A stretch of DNA of 60,155 nt, the filler included, from Piptocephalis cylindrospora (taxonomy: Eukaryota), in the NCBI GenBank assembly GCA_003614145.1. It is 7 parts of 7 records of this genome, joined end to end, with 100 filler letters (N's around TTAATTAATTAA, not from the genome) between each part and the next. Parts side by side here need not be neighbours in the genome. Positions count along the whole stretch, not along the records: positions 43,108 to 51,589 come from KZ988145.1; positions 51,690 to 60,155 come from KZ988146.1; 5 more parts are not named here. One strand, given 5' to 3'. Position 1 is the first letter of the stretch. Each line of letters starts with the position of its first letter. Position numbers and translations under genes: made by a program. This document shows positions 46,956-58,005 of the stretch, piece by piece. The notes under the pieces were generated by a model. That model made no database searches. It was given only the letters and a program-made list of their open reading frames with translations, and was not told where the DNA came from.

Positions 46956-47704
46956 CGAACGGGGCCGGATTGAGAATGTCGGGGTGATGGAGGGGGAGGG
47001 GAAATGACGAAGACGAAAGAATGGAAGAAGCGGGCAATGACAGATACAAGAATGAGTGGGGAAGGAAGCTAGATGATGGGAAAGGGAGGCGGGTGGATGC
47101 AGGGGAGTCAGTGACTATCCTTAAACCTCACTCTCCCTTTATACTTGTACAGGAATGGTAGCCGGCCAGGAGACTGCGTCGTTGTGATGTGTGATTGAGC
47201 CCATCTGGCTGATGTGGGCGATAAGGGTATTCGTTGCTCTGCGAGCTCTTGGCGGGGATTGCGGTCGATCCATTGAACACTTTCTTCCTAGTACAACAGC
47301 TCAACATGCCATCACCCTCTTGCCTTCAATGCCTTTAGTCATGATGGCGTAGTAGTCCATAATGTCGAAGGCGGTAACATCCCACCATCGACCTTCATAT
47401 CCTTGTCCCCAGGTGATAGGGATGGTCGAATGAGTCGTGTGCCATGGGACCGGATCTAATGACACAAATTTCTAATGCTCATATAAAACCCATGTGTCCT
47501 GAGTTAGCTGAGCTGCCTAGCGCCGATGATCTGATAAACCTGACTAGGGATATGAGGCATAGAACCCCCTGACTCGATGCTCTGGACATCATCGTCATCT
47601 GCGTCCTTTTATGTGAGTTGTGAAAAAAAGGCCATTGTCTAATTGTAAATAAATCTTTGCGCATAAACGGTGGAAAAAAGAAAGATAAAAACAGCTTCAG
47701 AATA

Positions 47705-49551
47705 TCAACGCCCCCCAAAGAATGAGGCACGGGAGGCGACAAGGCCCTTGGAGGGTCCAACATTCCCAGCTCCCTCGACCCTTTCACGATGTGCCCTTCT
47801 TAAGGGGGCATTTAGCAGAGAGTCTCCAGAGAGCGATGGAGCTGGACGGGGTCCTCCTCGAACACGAATTCTGTAGTCCTCAGAGTTCTCCTTGGCTGTG
47901 TAGAAAGAAGCCTCATCACTGATGGGGAGAGGCAGGGGAGGGCTCATCCGCTCCTGGATCCTCTCCTTATCACTGGACCACGGTGAATATCTCAGTCGAT
48001 CCGGGGAGCCACTTCCGCTCTTCGACGTTGTGGCCGGCCAGGAAGAATGATCATACACCAGGGACCTGGTGGGCTCGGAGGTAGCCGCTGGTGAGTGGGA
48101 CCGTGCGCTCTCTCTCCACGCCTTTCTCCTGTTCCCTTCTCCATCCCCATCTTCACTCCAGGGTCTTCGAGACGTGTATGAAGAGGCTGATTGAGATGTA
48201 TCGGTGGCCGAAGCAGGCCGGATGGCCCGTTGATGTGTGGCTCCAGGATCAGTTACATCTACCCTAGATCCCATTTCCTCCAGCCATTGCCGCTGTCTTT
48301 GTGTCCTCATCCTCAGGTGGTCCATACCCGAAGATTCTCTGGGGGAGCTAATCCTGCGATCAGGACCAAGCCAGGAGGATGAATTGTTGCTGTCTGAAAG
48401 ACCCGAGTGAGCCCCAGGGCTCTCCAAGAGGTTTCCCGTGTCCTGGACCCCCATGGGACGAAATAGCTTTCCCAGGGCAGAAATTCTCGGGAAGGATCTC
48501 TTTTTCTGGGTTTGTCCTTTGTTTCGATTATCGTACTAGGAAAGGGAGGAAAGGTGAGTTTAGGTTAATTTGCCTCTACACTTGCTAAATGGCACTTTCA
48601 GCTCACCTGATCAGTCACCCTTGAATTCTCTCCCCGGGGAGGAATGTGGGAGAAATAAGAAGGATCTGGATGGGGTCGCTCAATAGGTAATGGGGATCCA
48701 TGAACCCCAGGAATACTACGTCCTTCAGAACGGTGGATGGGGGCGGGTTCACGAAGTCTCCCTGGATGAGACTTGGATGCCCGGGATTTGATGACATCTT
48801 CTCCCAGAGGCCTAGCCTTTCGTTTTCCCCCCAAAATGGCCTCAAGAAGAGCTGGGTTCATCTGGTGGAAAACCTCTTGCTCCCTTCCCTCGGCCATGAG
48901 ATCCATTAGGGTGGGCTTGGCCTTGGTGGGCTTGGCCTTGGGGCCAGGCGATTTTCGAGACCCCTCATGGCGAGGAGAAGATTGCTTTTTCATGGAAGGA
49001 GAGGACGTGTCAGGCGGGGTCAGGGGAGGGGAGGATTCCTCCTCGACGAATGAGGCCAGACGCCTATTTTTCCTCCTTTTCCGGGACAAGGCCCTGCGCA
49101 CCTTGGCCTCGGCTTTCTCGGCCTTCCATTGCCTCCGGAGATACTCGTTCATCGCAGCCTCCCGTATCTCCTCTTCCCCTGGTTTCTTGGATGGCTTGCC
49201 CATTTCCATAGGCTCAGGAGTATCGGAGCGGGGTCGACGATGCACCTTGACTCTGGCCTTCTTCGGAGCATCCTCGGAGGCCGAGGAGAAAATATCTTTT
49301 TGGGAAATTGCCTCATCTACCATTGCTTCTGCTTCCGTTTCCCTGACCGCGTAGTTCCCCATAATCTCCTTCCATGGAATCTTCCACCACCAAGGGCATA
49401 TATCCCCCTCTGGAGGCCCGTCAGAGGGTGGGACCATCCCAGCACGATGTCGCAGGTAGTAAATATAAATATAGAGGATAGAGATGCCCAAGAAAACTAG
49501 ACGAGAGTCCAAGTACCATGGCTTGGGGGGTAAGAGTGTCTCCAGGGACAT
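47705..49551 (-). CDS. hypothetical protein with N-terminal membrane anchor and long disordered tail, 2 exons
   Basis: ORFs 48598-49551 and 47705-48454 join in frame via intron 48536-48606 (GTGAGC..CCTAG); TM helix LVFLGISILYIYIYYL. Confidence 0.7.
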
Positions 49552-51589
49552 CTTGAGGGATGGTAATGGAATTCAGGTCAGCGAGGACAGATATGTATTG
49601 GGGTGCAGATGAGGGGAGGGCGAATATATAACTTGAGGGCGGGGAGATGTCCAAACTGAAGGAGAAAGGTGATGTCTAGTGTAAGGTTAGAGGTTGCGCC
49701 TAGTAAGGTGGGGTGTCTAGGAAGAAGAGATGGGTGATGTGGGCTGAATAGCCATGCAGACCTCTCAGATGGGATGGTCAGGACTGGCTGGACTTACCAA
49801 AATGGGAGTGTGGTTTGAATGAGCAGAAGAAGAGAACAATGACCTAGAGGAAAGAGGCCAGAATGGGTGACGGAGGGAGAACAAGGGAAGATGCAGATGA
49901 GGGGGATTGGGAGAGGATGAAGGGCAGTGATAATAGATGAAGGAAAGGAGAGGACTATCCATGGGGCTTGATAAAGTCAAGTGGAGATGCTATTGTTATA
50001 TACGCTCCAAGAACTTCACAAGCGCGAGACTATCCGCCCTTTCTTAAGTGATGAGCCCAAGGAGCAGACCTCCTGACTTGTAGCAACTTCTGTGGTAAGT
50101 GGTTGCCATTGCTAGTGGCGAGGGGAATGGTGGAGGAAGATTCTCTAGTGAGAATAGCAACACATGCGATATGAATATGGGGGGTTGGGGATAAGGAGGA
50201 TCTTCTCGTCTCCTCTATCCAGGGATGACGATACTGAAGGGGGGAAAAGTGTAGGGAAGATGATGTCTGGGCGTATCTCCACCGACTACTATGACAGGGG
50301 AAGGAAGGAGGGGAGAAAGCGCACGCATGGGATCATCCATAGGGAAACGGAGGTAGTGATCTTGGTGCGACGTAAGCCCGTGTATCTGCAGGTTTCATGC
50401 CTCGCTCTCGTAAGCCTTTAGCCCTTTCTCCCTCCAACCAGCCCTGGCCACCCCCAGTCACAATTGGCTTCAGGCACAACCTCGTATAGACCCAGTGATC
50501 TGTGTCTACTCCGACACTGGGGGTTTGAAAAGCACGTCTTTCTACACTCCGACCTCCAGTGGGGAGGGCATGTTCCAGTCCCTGGAAACCCCATTCGGGC
50601 AAGTGACATTTGTTTGTGTACATCGAATTTAATGGGAGCTGGGGAATCCAGAAAATATTTATTTTTGTACGGGGCTGTAACCTACCGGGGCCAACTGCTC
50701 CTCTATATCCTGACCCGGCGGGAGACTATCATTTACAGGAGGTGATTGAGTTGAACGTATAGGAAGACAAAACAAATGCGATCTAATCTAGCTATTTTAC
50801 TAATCTACTCTGTTTCATGGCCTCATAAAATTGAAATACATGGCCATCTTTAGACGGACTGCTGTCGCCTTGGGCCAGACCACATGGCATGTAGACCCTC
50901 CTTAACCTGCTCATCACTTATCGGTCACAAGGCGTATTTTGACCCTAGTTCTCAATGTCTCCTCTCAAAAGATAATGTGAAAGGGACGGAGGAATTCTTG
51001 AGGAAGGCACTATTATGTGGAGAGAGAAGGGAAGAGAAGATGAAGAAAGGAAAAGGAGCAATGCATTAATCAATAGACGGGATAAAATAGTGTCGACTGA
51101 AAGACAGGGCAGCATGCACAAAAAGGATACATTAGAAATGTAGTTACGATCATGGTAGATGTATGCTTAACCTGATAGTCTATCGGACATACCATGCCTA
51201 GCCTAGAGAGACCAGAACCGACGTGACCGTATAGAAAAAATTGGAATCATCCGCTTTCTAATCAAAAAGGAAATAGGATGAGTTTACGGAATGACCTTTT
51301 CACACATGCCCGGAAGGATATATATCTGGTTCTGTCGTACTCTATGAATGCTATTATCCTCATGGAAGCGGATAGAGCTTGCCCATCAACTATGCCAGCC
51401 TTCCCAGGTAACAATACACATACAAGCGTACTCTTAAGCATATTCACCACTCTCTTTCGACGCCCCTCCTCACTTACACGCCCCTTCTCCCCTCCCCCTC
51501 TTGAAGACGGTCATCGCTCTTTCGAAACCCCCTACTTTCTTGTCCATCTACATCGTATCTTATCTAGCAGACACGAGAGTCCGGGGATT

Positions 51590-51689
51590 NNNNNNNNNNN
51601 NNNNNNNNNNNNNNNNNNNNNNNNNNNNNNNNNTTAATTAATTAANNNNNNNNNNNNNNNNNNNNNNNNNNNNNNNNNNNNNNNNNNNN
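51590..51689. other. artificial contig-joining spacer
   Basis: N44-TTAATTAATTAA-N44. Confidence 0.98.
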
Positions 51690-51744
51690 GGGGGGGGGGG
51701 GGGGGGGGGGGGGGGGGGAGGGGGGGGGGGGGGGGGGGGGGGGG
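51690..51744. repeat. poly-G homopolymer at contig start
   Basis: About 54 G interrupted once by A; poly-C/G tracts also lie at 8651-8700 and 60119-60155. Confidence 0.9.
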
Positions 51745-52052
51745 TAGGAGATGGGCCTTATCGCTCCTCCTGGAATATTGGATGTGGAAAAGAAGATGAT
51801 CATCCCAAGGTTCATGGATGCCATGAAGGCGAGGAGGTTAACGGATGGGATAGGCGGGTTTGAATCGAAGACGGGAGAAGACATGAAGGTGATGATGACA
51901 TGATTGGAGAGAGAGATAGGGAAGCATGTTCCATGATCTCCTATCTTCTTGCCCTTTCATGATGTCCCCCTTCATGGCCCTCCCTTCTCGATCCTCTCCC
52001 CCTTCCCCTCGGAAATCTCCTTCTTTCTATCGTCGATACACCCATCCTACAG

Positions 52053-52744
52053 CAATGCGGATCCGCAGGTCCATCCGAATGGAAGGGAGCACGAGTTCCT
52101 TGTCCGGCGAGGTCATCTCACTTACAAGGCGCTCGTACCTTTCCATTCATCTGGCCACATTCTCTCCTGTGTCCTCCTTTTTCCTCTTCTCTACTTACTC
52201 ACATCTCATTCAGGAACAATCCCCGGGAAGGATCATCTGTCCTGGATGTCAGCATGACCTAGGTCGTCTTCAGAACAAAGACCAGGTCATGTTAGACAAG
52301 TGGGAAATTACCCCCATTATCCACCCACCCCTACCCCATGCCCCATGGGCGACGTATGCGGCACTGGAGATCCTTGCCTTGTCCAGAACCCATGCTTCTT
52401 ACCGCTTCATCCTCCAGCCTGACGGTAGAGCCACGGAACCAATCATGGGACATCTTTGGCTCATGCACGGTAGAACCTGGATCACCGGATCGGGCCTACA
52501 AGGTCAGGGTCCGCATCATGTCCTACGACTTCTCTACCACTCCTCCCCGGATACCCCCGAGATTGACTGGAAGGATGGAGAAGATGGGGTTGAGGTTCTT
52601 CCCTGGTCCAAGGCCCAGATCCTCCAAGTCTTAGAGGCCCTCAAACACACCACGGCTCTTTCTACCCTAACGGATCAAGGCACCCCTCCATCCCCTATCC
52701 CAGGCCCATTTCCTGGATTTACCCAAGGCTTTCTTCCTTTATGA
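52053..52744 (+). CDS. possible HECT_2 (UBE3D/Ipa1-like) protein, C-terminal part; 5' structure unresolved
   Basis: IICPGCQHDLG..LDKW, LEILALSRTHASYRFIL, HLWLM and LRLLY recall the HECT_2 motif order; probable intron ~52136-52213. Confidence 0.5.
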
Positions 52745-53367
52745 TGGAGAGAAGTGTCATCTTTCTTCTTCTTCTTCTTCTTTTTCTTCTGTGATATACC
52801 AGTCTTTGCCCTGTATGAAAGATCAGTATTAGGCCTGGGATACACATGGAACGAGTTCGTCCGGGGTATGCCAATTTGTCATTTAAAAATGACCACTCCC
52901 TCCCTTTTTTTATCCGCTCTGATCACACAATATAGATCTGCTCCCCCACACTTCATCAAGCCACGTGTGGCCTGACTCGGAGATTGAAGGGCGAGAAGGG
53001 ACAATGTCTCTCTGACTGAGAAAGGGTCAGGTGACTTAATAATAGAGCAAGAGGGTGTATGCAAACAGCGCCCTAGCCCGGCAGTGGGGCCCGAGGTCTC
53101 CTTGGTCTCTGGTATACTAGGGTAAACGATCGTCTCTCCATGCAAAAGGCAAGGCTACTGAGAGATAGCCCCCCCTCCACTTGTCACCTTGTCTGTCCAA
53201 GCCATCCACGAAGGATACTGCTTAACAATACCAACAATGGCAGACCACCATCCAATGTACTATGAGTTGACGCGGGAGCCAAAAAGTATCCCCCGTCTGC
53301 TGCCCACCCTCCATCTACATTACCTTACTCTCAAGGACACGAGATGAACAAACGCAGAAGCAGGATG

Positions 53368-53412
53368 TAGTGTGGGGGAAGTGTGAGTTAGTGTGGGGGA
53401 AGTGTGAGTTAG
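53368..53412. repeat. perfect 21-bp direct tandem repeat x2
   Basis: TAGTGTGGGGGAAGTGTGAGT at 53368 and 53389, followed by TAG. Confidence 0.9.
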
Positions 53413-53893
53413 GAGGCTAAAGTCAGTCAGACGAAGCAGGACTCTCATCTCCCCAGCCTCCCCTCCCCCTTTCCCCACCCCCCACAACTCCGTATGTATG
53501 TGTATGTGTGCGCTCCTAAAGAAGATTCTGTATGGAGCGTGGACCGCAATATACACTCTCCCCACTCACAATTGGCCCCGCTTCACGAGATGGGCTTCAC
53601 GTTGGGGATGATGAGTAGAGAGGGGCGGGCAATGCATGGTTTCCTCGTGATTACCACAACACTCTCCTCTCTCCTTTCTCCCCATTCTTCTTCCTTCTCT
53701 CTCCTTCACTCTAAGCTCTTTCAGTCAACCCTTCCCGCCCCTCCTCATCCTTCCTTTTCCAAGGAGGCGGTGTTTACTTTTCATTGCTGTCGACAACCCC
53801 CCTCTCCTCCCCCCGGATCCATATCCACTTCAACGGACCCCTCCAGCCGTCCTTCCTCTCTTCTGCCTCCGAAGCCACCTCGCCCTGCCTTGG

Positions 53894-55211
53894 ATGGAAA
53901 GGCTACTCGCTGCCTCGGACGCCGCTATTCCCCCGTCATTACGCCAGTTAATGCAGCGCCACGGCCTTTCCCCCAACGCCCCGCCCGTCGTCCCCCAGGG
54001 TCAGGACCGCGCTCCCCCAGCGGGTCCCAGCACTAGGCCCTATCCTTCAGTCACCCAGCCACACCCGCTCTCACATACACACCCTCAGATCCCCCAGGCT
54101 CATCCGCTCACACATGTCCATCCCCAGGTAACGCAGACACATCCACTCTCCCATGTCCATCCTCCTCCACCACCTCCTCCTCCGCCACCACCGCCCCCTC
54201 ACCCACTTCCGCCTTACCCCACCAACGCTCCAATCCTCTCATCGGCCACTTGGGGCAGCATCGGCCCTTCGGTGCCACAATCGTCCAGTCTCCTCTTCAA
54301 TGCGGATGAACAGCAGTACCTTGCTCAGTTTCTTAATGGATTTGCCCTAGATCCGGCCAAGTCAAAATCCCGCTCTCCTCCACCTCCCCCCCTACCCTCT
54401 GTGCCCAGTGGGAGGAAGTCTTCATCTGCCACTCAATCAGACCCATCCCCCTCCCTCCCCGCCCTCATCACCCCAGAGCCCTCAGGGAAGGCTCTTTCCC
54501 CCAGTGGATCTCTCCCCTCTCATACCTCCTCAGAGCCACCACAGAAGAAAAAATCCAAAGGGAAGCGGAAGAGATCCAAGACGGAGCGGGAAAACGCCAC
54601 GTCCACCTCTGACCAGTCTCCAGATGAATCTACTGGATCCAGCCAACACGGTTCTGCCCATCATACGATGGATCCCCTTGTCTTTGTCAAGGAGGAGGGC
54701 GGCGGACCCAAAAAAACGGAAAAAGAAAAAGAAGATAAAGCAAAATGAGCTTACTGGGACTGAATCCTTCGTCGAGAGCGAATCCCCCACTGACCCTCAG
54801 CCCTCCATCATCCCCCTTCTGACCAGCTCAACACCCTCGGAAGACGGGGAGGATCCAAACCGGGAAGACAAACGTCCTCTTCTCACCGAAGAGGAGAAAA
54901 GATCCAATCATATTAAATCCGAGCAAAAGCGTCGAAATGCCATCCGACAGGGCTTCATCGACCTGTGCGCCTGTGTCCCTCCCCTGAACAATGTCAAGAT
55001 GAGCAAGAGCGTCATGCTCGAGGAGGCCATCGACTGGATCCGTCGTCTCAGTGAGGAGTGTGAGGAGCTCGACAGTGAACTGGACCGTCTCGTCCACCTT
55101 GCTCAGCATCGTTCCGATGGTGGTCGTCTCCTCACTGCCCAGGCCTCCTCTTCCCCCTCCAAGCCCACAGTGTCCGCACAGTCATGGCGGAAACCGGATG
55201 CTTCCCGATAG
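53894..55211 (+). CDS. bHLH transcription factor (Ino2/Ino4/Mlx-like), interrupted by a +1 frameshift at ~54707-54716
   Basis: ORF 53894-54748 gives a Pro/His-rich N-terminus; the overlapping +1 frame gives an NLS and bHLH LLTEEEKRSNHIKSEQKRRNAIRQGFIDLCACVP..SKSVMLEEAIDWIRRL. Confidence 0.8.
54050..54163 (+). repeat. 39-bp coding tandem repeat x3 (13-aa His/Pro unit)
   Basis: VTQPHPLSHTHPQ / IPQAHPLTHVHPQ / VTQTHPLSHVHP. Confidence 0.85.
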
Positions 55212-56689
55212 GACACGGAGTAAGGACTGAGTACTGAGGGAAGTGATCCTTTTTGTCTGTGTGTGTAAGGGCTACACAAGAGGTCCATGTCCATTCCTCT
55301 TTCTCCTCCTCTCGCTTTCCCTCTCTCTCCTTCCCACCCTTCTTCCCTCCACTCTCTCGCCAATGTATGCCTATTCTTTTACCTTTTCCAACCTTTAAGA
55401 ATGAATCAAGTTGGGTTGAATCAGCATCATAATGGATAAGGGCATCCGACCTGGAAAATGGACAAGGCACGGCCTATAGGGATCTACTTCTCTACCTGAG
55501 GCATGGTGTGCCACAGCATAACGATTCTATCTAGTATCAACAGTAGTAACACAGAATGCGCAAGAAATCATCTTGAAGATAGATCAACCCTACATCAATG
55601 GTGTGAGGGTCCACAATAGAGATGTCCCCTTCCCCTCCGTCGTAACAGGGCGCTCTTGGGCCTTATCATCTCCTAGTGAATTTTTCATGGAGAAAAAATG
55701 AAACGGTGCATGATCAGAGCAGGGAAGCAGGAAATTAAAGGCTATCTCACGGGGTGAGAGATGAGAGAAAGAGAAATAGTGGCGTAGACGACAGATGATG
55801 GGACACAAAAAGTTGACTAATGTGAGCTACCTCAACCAGTATCGGCCACTGGACAAAGACTTGGGACAATTTCCCCAGACTCGTAATACACTCGTCAATC
55901 TAGAGATATTTTAGGACAAAAGCGCATCATTTGGCTAGTAGCCCCGGGCCAGCGAAGAGGTAGGAGGCAACAATCAGACGGACATGCGTCAGATGGAGAG
56001 CATGTATACTAGAATGGTGCTTAGGGCCACGCGTATCTTCGTCGGCTCCTGGTGGTGGCAGAATCCTCAAAGAATATCACTCGTGGTCATCTAGGGGCCA
56101 GAAAGAGGGAGGAGAAGGGCCATTCGGACCCATAAAGTACGCATCTTCACCCATACGTACAATGGATGATGTGTTTCAGAAGGCTGCCGCAGTGAGGGCT
56201 GCAGGAGGACATGCCCTAGGCAATCCATAGATCGTTATAGCGAAGGGATTTGTCTGCGGGGATACTGATCCTTGACAGGTCCGCTTTACCGCACCGTTAT
56301 CAATCATGAGACGTGCCATGGCCCTGTTGACACACCTTGCCTGGTGTGACACTACTATCGGACTTTGAATATCACAAAAGTCCGCTGGAGAGCTCTGAAA
56401 CTCCCCATCGTATTATTATCTCCTATGGGAACGGGCTGAAGTGAGCAAGCCATATATTACCTCTGCAAGGAAGGAACCGTGTTTGATGGAGCTGACTCAG
56501 TCATTCTCTCTCTGGCCAAGCTGAGTAGGTTGGGAAAGTATCAGCTGACCCGTTCCACCACAATGCCCTACCTCCTTGAATACCAGTAGTGCCCGTTGAT
56601 ACCCCTGATTTAGGGTACTAGCAACAGAGTATCCTCGCTGCCTTGAGAGACCAACGGACTTGGCACCAGCTAGGCTTCATCAATTTCGG

Positions 56690-56697
56690 TATAAATA
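56690..56697 (+). promoter_or_regulatory. putative TATA box of the secreted-protein gene
   Basis: TATAAATA ~150 bp upstream of ATG 56844, followed by a CT-rich leader. Confidence 0.55.
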
Positions 56698-56843
56698 GGG
56701 GGCGAATCGGCTTCACCCCCTTTTCATCCTTCATCTCTCACACCTTACACCCTCCTTATCACCCTTCCCCATCTTGATCCAACGTTGCTGGTCTCCGTTG
56801 CCCTCTCCGCTCGTCATCGTGCCCATTCGCCCTAAGCCCCACC

Positions 56844-57503
56844 ATGAAGCTTTCCTGTTCCCTTGCAGCTCTTCTTCTGGCCCTTCCGGCTTGCCTATCC
56901 TCTCCATTCACGGACAGTTCTGTTGAGCAAGTCAAGAGCTCCCAGCTCCAGTCCATTGTCACTACGGATAACCAAGGAAACAAGTATTTTCTTTGCGTTG
57001 GAATAAAGGACAAGAGTGACTTCGACAACAAAGTCGGAAATCCAACTGCTGTCCTTCGCAAGATTGGATGGCCTGAGGCCGGTTGTATCTTCAGTATGTA
57101 TTCCTTGAACCGCGAGAACACCCAGAAAATGTTCAAGATGAGGGACCAGATGCAAGTTTCCCTTCTTGGTGGTCCAGATGGAGTCGTCTTTGACATAGCT
57201 GACAACAGTGGCATGAAAGATGGAAGAAGTATGTACTGGAACCCGGAAGCCGAGAACAACCCTCCCATCAAGATAAACGGCGCGGATGGTGTTGAACCAA
57301 GTACCCTGTCCGTCCAAATTAACGATGGGGGGAGCATCAAAAAATACGTTCTCAAAGGTCTTGGTGATCCCCGGGACGATAACCCAAAGGTCGAAATGGC
57401 CGAAGAAGGTACCGTTAATAGCGCCTTGCTGCATTGGCATGTTGTCTCTTGGCCTTCAGACATTCCCCTTCAAGAACCCGAGACCAACGACAAGCCGGCT
57501 TAG
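56844..57503 (+). CDS. orphan small secreted protein (219 aa), single exon
   Basis: Signal peptide MKLSCSLAALLLALPACLS; CCCACCATG start context; upstream TATA; no recognised domain. Confidence 0.85.
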   Translation: MKLSCSLAALLLALPACLSSPFTDSSVEQVKSSQLQSIVTTDNQGNKYFLCVGIKDKSDFDNKVGNPTAVLRKIGWPEAGCIFSMYSLNRENTQKMFKMRDQMQVSLLGGPDGVVFDIADNSGMKDGRSMYWNPEAENNPPIKINGADGVEPSTLSVQINDGGSIKKYVLKGLGDPRDDNPKVEMAEEGTVNSALLHWHVVSWPSDIPLQEPETNDKPA

Positions 57504-58005
57504 TTTTTAGGTGTACAGAAGAGTAGGCTGAGGCATTCTCTCTCAACCCGCGCTCTTTATGGTAACCCATTATATTTCTCCTCTGGTAGGAGCAATACAA
57601 TCCGCCCTTCCTTCTCATTTATGTCTTTGGTCTTGAGTTCTTGATATCGCTATTCTTGGAAAGGCTTCTTTTTCCCACCACACCTTTAGTCATATTTTTC
57701 CACTAACATGTTTTTTTTCTCTTTTGCTCTGGAAACACTAAGGGTGCTTTGTAACAAAAGGCTCATCCTCTCTTCTTATACAAGAGCAGCTCTTTACATG
57801 GAGAGCTATCCGATATACGCGTACCACCCAAGGTATGATCGTTATCCCCGAGCTGCAGTCACCCCACAATACACTAAGAGATGTATCATAGAATTCATAA
57901 TAGAAACACGCGCAGGAAGAGGAATACAATGATCCTATCTCGTCTAGCTTTCGGGATAAACGTGTACAAATTGATGACTCTATTGATCCACTTTCCATTC
58001 ACACG

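Noticed and set aside
49600..51589. Short ORFs in the distal part of contig 6
   Set aside because: All under ~120 aa with no motifs or coherent splice pattern; treated as intergenic.
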